Source: a virus. From it: a DNA stretch of 64,000 nucleotides. The notes beneath the pieces are model-generated. The model was not told the DNA's origin, made no database searches, and saw only the letters and a program-made list of their open reading frames with translations. How positions within the stretch are numbered: the first letter of the stretch is position 1; every line of letters starts with the position of its first letter. Location of the stretch: IMG/VR virus record IMGVR_UViG_3300037222_000116, positions 23,903-87,902 of that record; one strand, given 5' to 3'. Both the position numbers and the translations under genes were made by a program. Of this stretch, positions 27,231 through 35,814 are shown piece after piece.

Positions 27231-27697
27231 TGGACCCTTATGGCACGCACCAGCAGGCGTTGATTGCTGCCGTCATGCGAACAACCGGGCCTGTTGTTGA
27301 ATTCGGCGCCGGGTACTACTCGACACCCGTGCTGCACGAGATATGTGGTGTGCAAGGGCGGCATCTGGTCACGTTGGAGCAGGATCAAGAGTGGATCGAT
27401 CGCTTTACGCGCTTTCGCGCGGACCACCACGAAGTCCTGCTCGTGGAGGATTGGGCGTTGTCTCCCGCGGCTGATTTGACTTGGTCGGTCGCGCTTGTCG
27501 ACCACGCCCCGGCATGGGCTCGGGTCGGGGTGCTGGATCGTCTGTGGCGTTCGGGGACGCAGTTCGTGGTCGTTCACGACACCGAAGGTGCTGTCTACAG
27601 CTACGAGCCCGTGCTGGCGCTGTACGCGCACCGGAAGGACTTTCGGGAGCTGACGCCGTGGACGACGGTCGTCAGCAACACCTGTCCGATCTGGTGA
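27230..27697 (+). CDS. class I SAM-methyltransferase-like protein
   Basis: VVEFGAGYYST, LVDH, VVHDTE. Confidence 0.7.
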   Translation: MDPYGTHQQALIAAVMRTTGPVVEFGAGYYSTPVLHEICGVQGRHLVTLEQDQEWIDRFTRFRADHHEVLLVEDWALSPAADLTWSVALVDHAPAWARVGVLDRLWRSGTQFVVVHDTEGAVYSYEPVLALYAHRKDFRELTPWTTVVSNTCPIW

Positions 27698-27700
27698 GCC

Positions 27701-28309
27701 TTAACGCCGCTTGCGCGATCGGCGCGGCCCGTCGAGGTCGGGTAGCTCTTGGCGTCTTGGAGCCTTCTTGCCCTTCGTCCACGCAGGAGGCTCCCAGAGG
27801 CCGGGGCACATGAAGGCACCTTTGCCGCGCGCTGGATACTCGCCAGTCCTGATGATGCGCTTCAGGGCCTCATAATCACGGACGCAGGCAATGTTCTCCC
27901 AGCCAGTGTACCGCGTCTTGCGTTGCTCTTCCCGAGCGCGCTCTCGCCAAGGTCTGCCATCGTGTTCGGGATTGTAGGGAGGATAGGCAACTCCTGTTCC
28001 GAGGTGCTTGGCAAGTGCGTAGATTTGCCTGTCGGTCTGCGCTGACGTGTGGTGTTCATCGGGTGTGAGGATGTAGACGCGGTTGTCGGCGTCTCGATAG
28101 GCGATCGGTGTCGAATAGTTGTAGCTGTAGGCGACAATGCCCATTCTGCCGGGATGTGCGTTGTCAGCTATCGTTTCTGTCCAGAAGCCGGGGTTGCCGT
28201 AATTGCGCCGCGGCTTGCATGACTTACCTTCGTCCCAGCACTTCAGGATCTTCTGGTAGTACGCGTGGGTGCCGGACCCCCATCCGAGCGCTGGTGCTCG
28301 ACGAGCCAT
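27701..28309 (-). CDS. phage protein with C-terminal PRRQELPDLDG + Arg tail
   Basis: YSYNYSTPIA...TSAQT core; tag at 27728-27760. Confidence 0.75.
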   Translation of the reverse strand: MARRAPALGWGSGTHAYYQKILKCWDEGKSCKPRRNYGNPGFWTETIADNAHPGRMGIVAYSYNYSTPIAYRDADNRVYILTPDEHHTSAQTDRQIYALAKHLGTGVAYPPYNPEHDGRPWRERAREEQRKTRYTGWENIACVRDYEALKRIIRTGEYPARGKGAFMCPGLWEPPAWTKGKKAPRRQELPDLDGPRRSRKRR

Positions 28310-28315
28310 TGGAAC

Positions 28316-28681
28316 TTACTTCTTGCCGAGGAACGCGTTGGCGCGGGCGACCGCCACCAGCACTTCCGGCTTGGGTTGAGAGCCACGCAGGACGGTCTTC
28401 TCGATGGTCTGGAGCGCGACCATGACGACGCACGTCGCCAACTCGGGCGCGAGCGAGGTCAGCGTGCTCTGCTCGTTCGCCCACGCGCCTGTGTCGCCGA
28501 GCAGCGCGTTGACGGCGTTGTCGACGAGGGGACCGACGCTGCCGATCGTGACGTTCGCTGCACAGCCGAGCGTCGCGAGCCCTGCCTGCGTCAGCGTCGA
28601 TTCCACCTGCGCCGTGTTGCACGTCGCACACGACGTCACGAAGAGGCAGAGGGCCGTCAGAAACCGATTCGGTGAGCGCAT
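28316..28681 (-). CDS. putative lipoprotein
   Basis: Signal-like MRSPNRFLTALCLFVTSC lipobox; helical body. Confidence 0.65.
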   Translation of the reverse strand: MRSPNRFLTALCLFVTSCATCNTAQVESTLTQAGLATLGCAANVTIGSVGPLVDNAVNALLGDTGAWANEQSTLTSLAPELATCVVMVALQTIEKTVLRGSQPKPEVLVAVARANAFLGKK

Positions 28682-28718
28682 GTTGAGCAGCTTATGCTAC
28701 TCGTGTAGGCTCTTGCAA

Positions 28719-29444
28719 ATGGGCAAGCCACGCCGACGCCGACGCCGGATGTTCCGAGGAGTAGGACGGCTCGGTGCGCCTGCCGTGCGCGTGCCGCCTG
28801 TTCACGCTCGCCAGCGCGGCGTCTGTCAGGTCATCCGAGATCCTGACACGCTGCTGGTTCGCCACGCTCTTCAGGACGAAGAGCTGGAGTCGATGTACCT
28901 CGTCGACAAGAACATCCTGATCTTCGGCGATGAGAACTGCGTTGGCGAACCTGATCGGACCACGCACCTCGGGCCGAACTTCTGGATCGTCCACAACCAT
29001 CCGCTCGGGAGCCCACCGTTCCTGTCTGTCGCTGACGGCTGCTTCGCCAACTACCATTCTGCGCGTCGCATGGACGTCGCGGGCTTCATGCCGATCGACG
29101 AGCATCACGCCGTTCGGGTCGTCATGGAGTTCCGACAGCGCAACGCTCGGAAGCGATGGCCTTGCGACGATGACGCCGACATGAACTCGATGATGCCGAA
29201 CGACGGCAACATCGAGGTCAAGCAGTACATCGCTGATGAATACCCGCTCTACTTCGATACGGGGCGGCGACGGATTGAGCTTGCCAAGATGGACCGCGAG
29301 TTCCAGCGCGAGGAAGCTGAGCGCATCCGTGAAGACGAAGTGGAGAGGGAGCGAAGGAAGACCGCTCGATTCAATGACCTCGAAATCGACGGCGCTCGTC
29401 GTCCTCGAAAGCGCGTGAAGGCGGCACGTCGAGCTTCCCGATGA
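28719..29444 (+). CDS. JAB/MPN (RadC-like) metallopeptidase domain protein with Arg-rich ends
   Basis: E...VHNHPLGSPPFLSVAD matches HxH-x(7-8)-SxxD; N-terminal PRRRRRR...RLG, C-terminal IDGARRPRKR. Confidence 0.7.
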   Translation: MGKPRRRRRRMFRGVGRLGAPAVRVPPVHARQRGVCQVIRDPDTLLVRHALQDEELESMYLVDKNILIFGDENCVGEPDRTTHLGPNFWIVHNHPLGSPPFLSVADGCFANYHSARRMDVAGFMPIDEHHAVRVVMEFRQRNARKRWPCDDDADMNSMMPNDGNIEVKQYIADEYPLYFDTGRRRIELAKMDREFQREEAERIREDEVERERRKTARFNDLEIDGARRPRKRVKAARRASR

Positions 29445-29716
29445 CCAAGAAGGAATGGGATGGTCTGAAGGAGGGAGATACAATCTTCTTTTGCGCTACG
29501 GAAGAGGGAGATTTTTTCGGATATGGCGATCGTGCGCGTGTTCGCGGATCACGGTGGACGACAGATGGTACTCGGGTACACGTAACTGCTGAAAAGCAAG
29601 GTGTTGTCGTTCTTCCTGTGCAATCAGCAAAAGCATGGATGCTCAAGCCATGTAAGAAACGCCCTCGCCGCCAACAGCTTCCTGACCTCGGACGCACCAG
29701 AGCACGCCGTCGATGA
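29441..29716 (+). CDS. small SH3/KOW-like protein with PRRQQLPDLG tag
   Basis: MTKKEWDGLKEGDTI; ends KRPRRQQLPDLGRTRARRR. Confidence 0.75.
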   Translation: MTKKEWDGLKEGDTIFFCATEEGDFFGYGDRARVRGSRWTTDGTRVHVTAEKQGVVVLPVQSAKAWMLKPCKKRPRRQQLPDLGRTRARRR

Positions 29717-30030
29717 GCCCTCCGTCGTGGAAGCATATTGCACCGCAGCATCGAGAAGCCGTCCTGCGTGGGCTTGAGAAGGCCGCTCTCGCTGCCGAGA
29801 AGCACGCAGCGACGTTCGCCAGTGACGTCAACGTCAGGACGTTTCACGTCGAGCTGGCGAAAGCGTTTCGGGCGGCGGTAGGGAGACTCAACGAGGTCGA
29901 CGCTGTTGCTGTTGGTGACGTCCCGCCCGGCTACGTTCCCGACGACAAGATCACTTCCGGCGACGTTTTGGATGTTGTCGCTGGGATGGCACGCGCATTC
30001 GGCATGGAAATCCCGCCTCGGCGTCGTTGA
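29713..30030 (+). CDS. hypothetical protein
   Basis: ATGA overlap; ends FGMEIPPRRR. Confidence 0.6.
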   Translation: MSPPSWKHIAPQHREAVLRGLEKAALAAEKHAATFASDVNVRTFHVELAKAFRAAVGRLNEVDAVAVGDVPPGYVPDDKITSGDVLDVVAGMARAFGMEIPPRRR

Positions 30031-30358
30031 GGTCGGGGAGCCTTTGCTGCCTCGGTCTGCTCTTCGCGCAAGCCTTCTCGGTGCGGTGCCAGTACTGGAT
30101 GTCTTGCGGATAGATTAGGGACTCGCCGCCCGTGTAATGCTTCACCACGCCGCGATACGAGTAACCTCTACGAAGAAGTTTGCGCGCTTCTGGCGTTGGG
30201 TCAGCGTCGTAAACAGCATTATGGAAGTCTTCCGCCGTTGATGCCTTGAGCGGTTTCTCTGCGAGCTTTGCACATTTCATGGCGTACCCGGCGTACTGCG
30301 GCCCGCAGTAGCAGATGCGGTCGCCGACTTTGACCTTCGCCCATTCCTTCTCGGTCAT
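29951..30358 (-). CDS. SH3/KOW-like protein with PRQQRLPDL tag
   Basis: MTEKEWAKVKVGDRI, similar to the 29441 N-terminus; tag at 30026-30055. Confidence 0.7.
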   Translation of the reverse strand: MTEKEWAKVKVGDRICYCGPQYAGYAMKCAKLAEKPLKASTAEDFHNAVYDADPTPEARKLLRRGYSYRGVVKHYTGGESLIYPQDIQYWHRTEKACAKSRPRQQRLPDLNDAEAGFPCRMRVPSQRQHPKRRRK

Positions 30359-30615
30359 CGGCGTCTGCGCGCTTTGCCGAGGTCAGGGAGTTGCTGACGA
30401 CGAGGTCGCTTTCGTGGATTGCAGTCGACTGTCTTTACTTTGTACCAATCTCGGAAATCGTCGAAAGTGGTTCCTCGTTTCCAAGCGTCAGGGTGACTTG
30501 AGGCATTGGCGACAAGTGTAGCTGTGTGAGACGCGACCTTTTTCCATACGGTCGTTTCGCCTTCAACGAAGACAAAGCATGTTCCGACCGGGACCGCACT
30601 GAATAGATAAGCCAT
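30355..30615 (-). CDS. small protein with PRRQQLPDLG tag
   Basis: Ends RKRPRRQQLPDLGKARRRR. Confidence 0.75.
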   Translation of the reverse strand: MAYLFSAVPVGTCFVFVEGETTVWKKVASHTATLVANASSHPDAWKRGTTFDDFRDWYKVKTVDCNPRKRPRRQQLPDLGKARRRR

Positions 30616-31358
30616 CAGCGTCCTCGCCCCAATGTCATCGCCAAGGCAATCCCCAACCCAACTGCGACGGCTGCTGCGCTCCCGAGGTACACGCCGACGG
30701 CGGCAGTCTCACGCAGGCCATTGCCGAGATGGTTGGCTCGCGCCAGCGTGAATGCTCGTCGTGCTTGCAGGCCGCTGAAACGTCCGAGGTCGGGGAGGCG
30801 TTGTTTGCGGGGACCGCGATGCTTGCGTAGCAACTCATCACCCTCTGAGCGTGTGAAGCTCTGAACTTGACTGTCCTCTCGGGCGTCTTCATCAGTAATG
30901 TCGAAGGGGTTGTAGTAGACAGGGTGTAAAACGTATGCGGCCCATTCGGTATCTACATAGGACAACTGCATCGGACGTCCATTGATGACGACGTCGTAGC
31001 TTTGCCGTTTTCTAGCTACTCCGAGGTCGGGGAGTCGTTGTCGACGCGGGCGCTTCTTGTGCTCGTCTATCCATGCTTGCTCTATCTCGGCAGCTTTGAG
31101 ATTGGCGAGCTTGGCAATCACAGCTTTCGAGAAAAAGTGATCGGTGATTCCTATCTCGCGTCGATAGCGTGCAGCGGCTTCTTTGTACCATTGCCGCCAG
31201 AGCTTCTCAGCCAATGCTGGATCGTACTTCTTGGCTTTGAGGAATTTCTCGGCATTCTTCTCGATGGCCTGCTTGCGCGCGTAGAGTTCGTACTCGTTCT
31301 CGGCATAGAGATCGAGTTCGTCAGCGGAGCGTTCCTCATCACGCGACAAAGCGGGCAT
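30615..31358 (-). CDS. multi-module protein with two LPDLG tags and a C-terminal TM helix
   Basis: ELDLYAENEYELY...YD..LAEKLW domain; tags at 31020-31049 and 30783-30812; hydrophobic C-terminus. Confidence 0.75.
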   Translation of the reverse strand: MPALSRDEERSADELDLYAENEYELYARKQAIEKNAEKFLKAKKYDPALAEKLWRQWYKEAAARYRREIGITDHFFSKAVIAKLANLKAAEIEQAWIDEHKKRPRRQRLPDLGVARKRQSYDVVINGRPMQLSYVDTEWAAYVLHPVYYNPFDITDEDAREDSQVQSFTRSEGDELLRKHRGPRKQRLPDLGRFSGLQARRAFTLARANHLGNGLRETAAVGVYLGSAAAVAVGLGIALAMTLGRGR

Positions 31359-31364
31359 TGCTGA

Positions 31365-32243
31365 TTACTTCGAGCCGAAGGCCGCTTCTTCGTAGATGGC
31401 GGTCGCGAGCGGCTCGACGTTCAGGAGCACTTCGCTCGGTGACAGCGGCGGAAGCCCGTGGGCGTCTCGGTAGTCGCTCACACGCGCCATCGTCGCCACG
31501 TCGAGCTTGCCAGTGATCTTCACGGGGCGATACCCGCTCGACCACGCGTTGATCGCGCCTTGAAGGCGCATGATCTTTCTCATCATGCCCTCGGGCTGCA
31601 CACGGACACCCGACGCCGCCGCCCCGAGGTTGATGTGCCGGGAGCCATTCAGCGACTTGTTGACAACGAATCGAACAGGTGCGATTGCGCCTGCCCCTGC
31701 TTGCCCTCCGCAACAACTCAAATGCCCTGCGGCGTCGGAGCAGAGGTTTGTGCCGGGGGGACAAGTTGGCGTTCCTCCTGCTGCTATTGCTGCTGCCTGC
31801 GACATACCCGATTGAGATTTTCTAAAATTCCCTACCGTAACTGGTTGTGTGTAGTGATGCGGCGCACGCGGACGCCGCCGCCGATAAACTGGAGATGGTG
31901 TCCGGTAGACCGGCGCAGCGTAGACCGGCGCAGCGTAGGCCCGACGCGCGTAGCCAAGGTCCCCGAGCGATCCCTGCATGCTGATGTTGCTCGACGATGT
32001 GATCTTCATGTTCGGATTCGACGGATGCTTGCCGGGCAAGATCCCCGACTGCTGCATGCTGTCGTCCATGATCTTCTTGAGCATGTCGAGCTGGTCGCGC
32101 ATGGCTTTCGGCAACTGCGGCTGCTTGCCGACGAGCATGGGCCTGACGATGCTCTCGGGCGTCGGTGCGCCGCCAAGTGGGCCGACGTAGGGGAACGGAA
32201 GGTCGTAGTACGAATCGCGCTCCGGGTAGTCGTCGTAGCCCAT
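31365..32243 (-). CDS. putative virion protein with a C-terminal peptidoglycan-binding-like repeat
   Basis: SLGDLGYARR, YAAPV x2, LQGAIN...ITGKLDVAT motif. Confidence 0.65.
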   Translation of the reverse strand: MGYDDYPERDSYYDLPFPYVGPLGGAPTPESIVRPMLVGKQPQLPKAMRDQLDMLKKIMDDSMQQSGILPGKHPSNPNMKITSSSNISMQGSLGDLGYARRAYAAPVYAAPVYRTPSPVYRRRRPRAPHHYTQPVTVGNFRKSQSGMSQAAAIAAGGTPTCPPGTNLCSDAAGHLSCCGGQAGAGAIAPVRFVVNKSLNGSRHINLGAAASGVRVQPEGMMRKIMRLQGAINAWSSGYRPVKITGKLDVATMARVSDYRDAHGLPPLSPSEVLLNVEPLATAIYEEAAFGSK

Positions 32244-32322
32244 GTGTCGTGCTCCTCTGTGTAGAACCCTCACCATACCTCAAGTTGCTTCTTGACTCCA
32301 ACGTGGGCTAGGCTCGTTGGTC

Positions 32323-32607
32323 ATGGACACCATCGACGACGGCGAGCTGGGGCGCGCAGGGCGCTGCAAGTACGGCAAGGTCACGCGCGGCAGGCGCAAG
32401 GGGCAATGTCGCTTGCACAAGAAGGCTCCCAAGGCGAGCAAGCGGCGCAGCGGGCAGCGGCATTGCGTGCGGACGGCGGTCAATCGTCTCACGCGCCGCG
32501 AGTACTGCGCTGACTACGAGCCGGGTCCGTCGCCCTACCCCAAGGGCACGCGCTTCATCCAGCCGGTCTACGGCGCGCGGCGTAGCAAGCGTCGTCGCTC
32601 ACGCTAG
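32323..32607 (+). CDS. protamine-like CKYG protein 1
   Basis: MDTIDDGELG|RAGRCKYGKVTRG...YGARRSKRRRSR. Confidence 0.75.
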   Translation: MDTIDDGELGRAGRCKYGKVTRGRRKGQCRLHKKAPKASKRRSGQRHCVRTAVNRLTRREYCADYEPGPSPYPKGTRFIQPVYGARRSKRRRSR

Positions 32608-32636
32608 AGAACAACGGCCCAAAGCGCGAGAACGCT

Positions 32637-32705
32637 CTGAGCCGTTGGACCGATGTTCCGGTCTTGTGTGGTCCCGTCGGAAGCGGGGAGCCGCAACAGG
32701 CTCAG
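32637..32705. ncRNA. candidate three-way-junction RNA element
   Basis: CTGAGCC-GTTG/CAAC-A-GGCTCAG closing stem with internal GACCG/CGGTC and CCCG/CGGG stems. Confidence 0.3.
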
Positions 32706-32711
32706 TTTCTC

Positions 32712-32742
32712 TTGACGTTGCTGTAGCAAATCTGCTACTGCT
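32712..32742 (+). promoter_or_regulatory. sigma70-like promoter with embedded operator (32722-32739)
   Basis: TTGACG, then TGTAGCA-AATC-TGCTACT; ATG at 32748. Confidence 0.65.
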
Positions 32743-32747
32743 CGGGA

Positions 32748-33155
32748 ATGCCTTACATCACCCTCGATGGTATTTCCTATGCTGTCGTTCACGACGGCTG
32801 CTTCATCACAAATGATGGCCTCGATTACCTGCGGGCGATCGACCGCGGCAAGGGCTGTTACTCGAAGACGCGTGATGCCCCCGAACGTGAGCAGGTGGAA
32901 CTCGCCAAGAAGTTCATCGTCGCGAACTGTCTCAAGACCAAGACGATCCGTGATCTGATTGATTCCTATGGCTGGAAGCATCGCTGTGAGCGTTGGGGGA
33001 AAGCACAGGGCTTTGCCGCCTACGTGACCAACGGCGCGTTTCTCCAAGCTGCCTATGAGATGGGAGGCATCGCCATCAAACCGTGCAGGCCGGGTTGCAT
33101 CAATGCATGGCTGTCCCTCGGATTTGCCCGAGGCCGCACGAAGCTCTGCTTGTAG
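32748..33155 (+). CDS. phage hypothetical protein (SYGxKH...YxxNGxF type)
   Basis: DSYGWKHRCE...YVTNGAFLQAA; has its own promoter. Confidence 0.7.
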   Translation: MPYITLDGISYAVVHDGCFITNDGLDYLRAIDRGKGCYSKTRDAPEREQVELAKKFIVANCLKTKTIRDLIDSYGWKHRCERWGKAQGFAAYVTNGAFLQAAYEMGGIAIKPCRPGCINAWLSLGFARGRTKLCL

Positions 33156-33255
33156 TTTAGTTGCAATTATACAACAATTTGCAATCGCTGTAGCTCCACG
33201 TCTACACTCGCTCCCGATGCTGTAAGCAATTCCTCGTTCATCTCGGAGCGACACC

Positions 33256-33471
33256 ATGGCGACCAACGAATTCGTTTCCAACGACGGCGAGCTGGGGCGC
33301 GCACGCAAGCGCACCTGCAAGTTCGGCAAGACCAAGGCGGGCAAGTGCCGCAAGACGCCCAAGCGCAAGGGTCGCCGTGGGTGCTCCTTCGGTCGCTCGC
33401 GCACCACCGGCAAGTGCAAGCCGCGCACGAGCAAGTACGGCACGCAGCGCGGCCCCCTGCGCCCTCGCTAA
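33256..33471 (+). CDS. protamine-like CKFG protein 2
   Basis: MATNEFVSNDGELG|RARKRTCKFGKTKAGKCR...CSFGRSRTTGKCK. Confidence 0.75.
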   Translation: MATNEFVSNDGELGRARKRTCKFGKTKAGKCRKTPKRKGRRGCSFGRSRTTGKCKPRTSKYGTQRGPLRPR

Positions 33472-33482
33472 AGGAGACGACC

Positions 33483-33797
33483 ATGAGCGACTGTGGATGT
33501 GACGGAGGCGACGACCTCGGTCGCGCCAAGAAGCGACGCACCTGCAAGTACGGTCGCGTCAAGAGCACCGGGCGCTGCCGCAAGCAGCCGAAGCGTCGCA
33601 CTGCCTCGAAGCGAGGCCGGGCGATCCCCAAGGTCTGCAAGCAGCAGCTCTCGCGCGACATGAGGGCCGCGCACGGCGACCGCGGGATGGCGCGCGACGC
33701 GATGTACGCGTTCCACAACTGCACCGACGACATCAAGCGCGGTGTGCGCACGAGGTCGCAGGGCATGTTCGGCGCACGCCGCCGCAAGCGTCGATAG
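33483..33797 (+). CDS. protamine-like CKYG protein 3
   Basis: AAGGAG RBS; MSDCGCDGGDDLG|RAKKRRTCKYG...GMFGARRRKRR. Confidence 0.75.
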   Translation: MSDCGCDGGDDLGRAKKRRTCKYGRVKSTGRCRKQPKRRTASKRGRAIPKVCKQQLSRDMRAAHGDRGMARDAMYAFHNCTDDIKRGVRTRSQGMFGARRRKRR

Positions 33798-33812
33798 GAG
33801 CCCTGTCCTTCA

Positions 33813-33989
33813 ATGCCCAAGCGCAGCGACGAGTACACCGAGGGCTTTCGCACGGGGTATGACGAGGGCAAGAACGACGGCTACGAGCAGTGCGAAGAAG
33901 CCGCGAAGCGTGGTGCGCTGAGCGGCTCTCGCCGCCGTTGCAAGTACGGCAAGACGAAGGCCGGGAAGTGTCGCAAGCGTCCTCGCTGA
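33813..33989 (+). CDS. protamine-like CKYG protein 4 (absent from the ORF track)
   Basis: Hand-translated MPKRSDEYTEGFRTGYDEGKNDGYEQCEEAAKRGALSGSRRRCKYGKTKAGKCRKRPR. Confidence 0.7.
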   Translation: MPKRSDEYTEGFRTGYDEGKNDGYEQCEEAAKRGALSGSRRRCKYGKTKAGKCRKRPR

Positions 33990-34038
33990 GCAGCACTCGT
34001 TCGACAGCAGGCATCCCCTCGCGGTAGCATCTCTCCCC

Positions 34039-35775
34039 ATGTACCAACTCGGCGATTCGCAGACCTCCCGGTTCGCTCCCAAGACCAAGACCACGCAGGC
34101 TGATCGTGACCTCGTGCGCCAGCAGCAGGCGCAGGCACTCAAGATCGCCCAGCTCCAGCGGGCGCTGCGGTCCGCGGCTGCCAAAGACGATCGAGGCCAC
34201 CTGCCGAGCGTCAACGGGCACATGGACTCTGTGACCGTCGAAGCCCTGAACAACCTGATGCACAATCGAAGGTCCGCCTTTCAGGGCGCGTCGCCGTCCG
34301 AGATCCTCGTCAACATGGACCGGCTGATTTCCGAGATCAGCAAGAATGCCATCGGTGCGACCGAGCACAGCGCCACGCCGACAGCCGGGACGCGGATGCA
34401 CAACGATCATCCGAGCGCCTACACCGTGCGCGTCGGCAAGGCGACGATCGAGGAGCGCCACGTCGCCCCGAAGGGAAGTGCGATTGTCGGACACTACACC
34501 TGCACGGGTGGCATCTGCGTCGGTAACTCTGTCGACGCGCGCGCCAAGTCGTTGATCCTGCAACGGCTGCTCAATATGTTCCCGCCTTCCATCACCGGGC
34601 AGCCTCTCATCGCCGATGGCAAGATCGGCAACAACGCAGCGGCGGCATTCAATGCCGTCCTCGCCCACGCGGCTGCACGTCAGAATCAATCCCCGCCGAC
34701 GCCGGTCCCGCCCGAGAACATCGTGCGCGACATCGAAGCGTATATCGACGCGCTCAACGAAGAGCTGCCGTTCGCGCGGCAGACAGGTGGCAGCCCGACC
34801 TCGCCGCTGCTCTACACCGCGCAGGCCAACGGGAACATTACGGGCGACCCGCAATGGCGCTGCTACGTGATGAACCTGCAAGCGCAGCTCAATCGCTTCG
34901 GGCACCGGATTTCGTTCGATGGCGTCATCGGCAAGCACACGAGCGCGGCGGTGCAGTCGGCGCTCGGAGGAAGCTGGAATCCTCTCGCCGTCGCCAAGGC
35001 GATGCCCAAGCTCATCGTCATGGTCAAGCAGCTTGCCGACCGCAAGAAGAAGCCTCCGGTGCTGGCGAGCACCATCTCGCTCATCAACGCCAAGTGCGGC
35101 CTCGAAGTCACGCAGCCCGTCGAGGACAAGAAGCATCAGGGAGCCGTCGATCGCGTCGGCCAGCCGCCCGTCGTCATCCAGCAGAACGCGATGATCCCGC
35201 TCGAAAAGGTGCGGCTGCTGCAATCGCTCCTGAACACGATGCCGCTCGAAGCGGTCGGGGGACTACGCTTGCAGACAAGCGGGATGCTCGACGACCAGAC
35301 GGTCAATGCGTGGCGGGCCGTCAACCAGTACGTCGCGCACGTCAACGGGCGCGGTGATCTCGGAAACGAGATCGCGTCCATCGACGCGAGCGGCATGGTA
35401 CGGGAGATCGACACCGTGCTCGCACAGGCAAAGCAGTGGACCGCGCAGTTCGTGCAGGCACGGGCTCCGCAGCGGCGCGGGAGTGGTGCTCCAGCTCCGC
35501 GCCACACGCGTTCGGCTCCGATGCCGCAGCCGCAGGTGTATCACCTGCCACCGGAAGTGACTGTGCCCGAGGCACCCTCGTTCCCGCAGGGACCGGAGGA
35601 CAACTATCCGCCCGAGGGACCGGGCTCGGGACCGGACTATCCGCAGACCGCTCCCGAGCCGCCCCGAGGCAAGAAGACGCCGTGGGCTCTGATCTTCAGT
35701 GGCCTCGCTGCGGCTGCCACCGTCGTCGGCGTCGGTGCAGCCGTACTCAGCAAGCAGCACTCGCACTCGATGTAG
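34039..35775 (+). CDS. protein with four peptidoglycan-binding-like repeats and a C-terminal TM anchor
   Basis: LQxxL[NR]...[DN]GxxGxxT-type repeat x4; Pro-rich linker; WALIFSGLAAAATVVGVGAAVL; begins MYQLGD. Confidence 0.75.
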   Translation: MYQLGDSQTSRFAPKTKTTQADRDLVRQQQAQALKIAQLQRALRSAAAKDDRGHLPSVNGHMDSVTVEALNNLMHNRRSAFQGASPSEILVNMDRLISEISKNAIGATEHSATPTAGTRMHNDHPSAYTVRVGKATIEERHVAPKGSAIVGHYTCTGGICVGNSVDARAKSLILQRLLNMFPPSITGQPLIADGKIGNNAAAAFNAVLAHAAARQNQSPPTPVPPENIVRDIEAYIDALNEELPFARQTGGSPTSPLLYTAQANGNITGDPQWRCYVMNLQAQLNRFGHRISFDGVIGKHTSAAVQSALGGSWNPLAVAKAMPKLIVMVKQLADRKKKPPVLASTISLINAKCGLEVTQPVEDKKHQGAVDRVGQPPVVIQQNAMIPLEKVRLLQSLLNTMPLEAVGGLRLQTSGMLDDQTVNAWRAVNQYVAHVNGRGDLGNEIASIDASGMVREIDTVLAQAKQWTAQFVQARAPQRRGSGAPAPRHTRSAPMPQPQVYHLPPEVTVPEAPSFPQGPEDNYPPEGPGSGPDYPQTAPEPPRGKKTPWALIFSGLAAAATVVGVGAAVLSKQHSHSM

Positions 35776-35788
35776 CTGTTGCAATGCC

Positions 35789-35806
35789 TGTAGCAACTCT
35801 GCTACA
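35789..35806. promoter_or_regulatory. palindromic operator TGTAGCA-ACTC-TGCTACA
   Basis: Perfect 7-bp arms; ATG at 35815. Confidence 0.7.
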
Positions 35807-35814
35807 GCTTGAGT

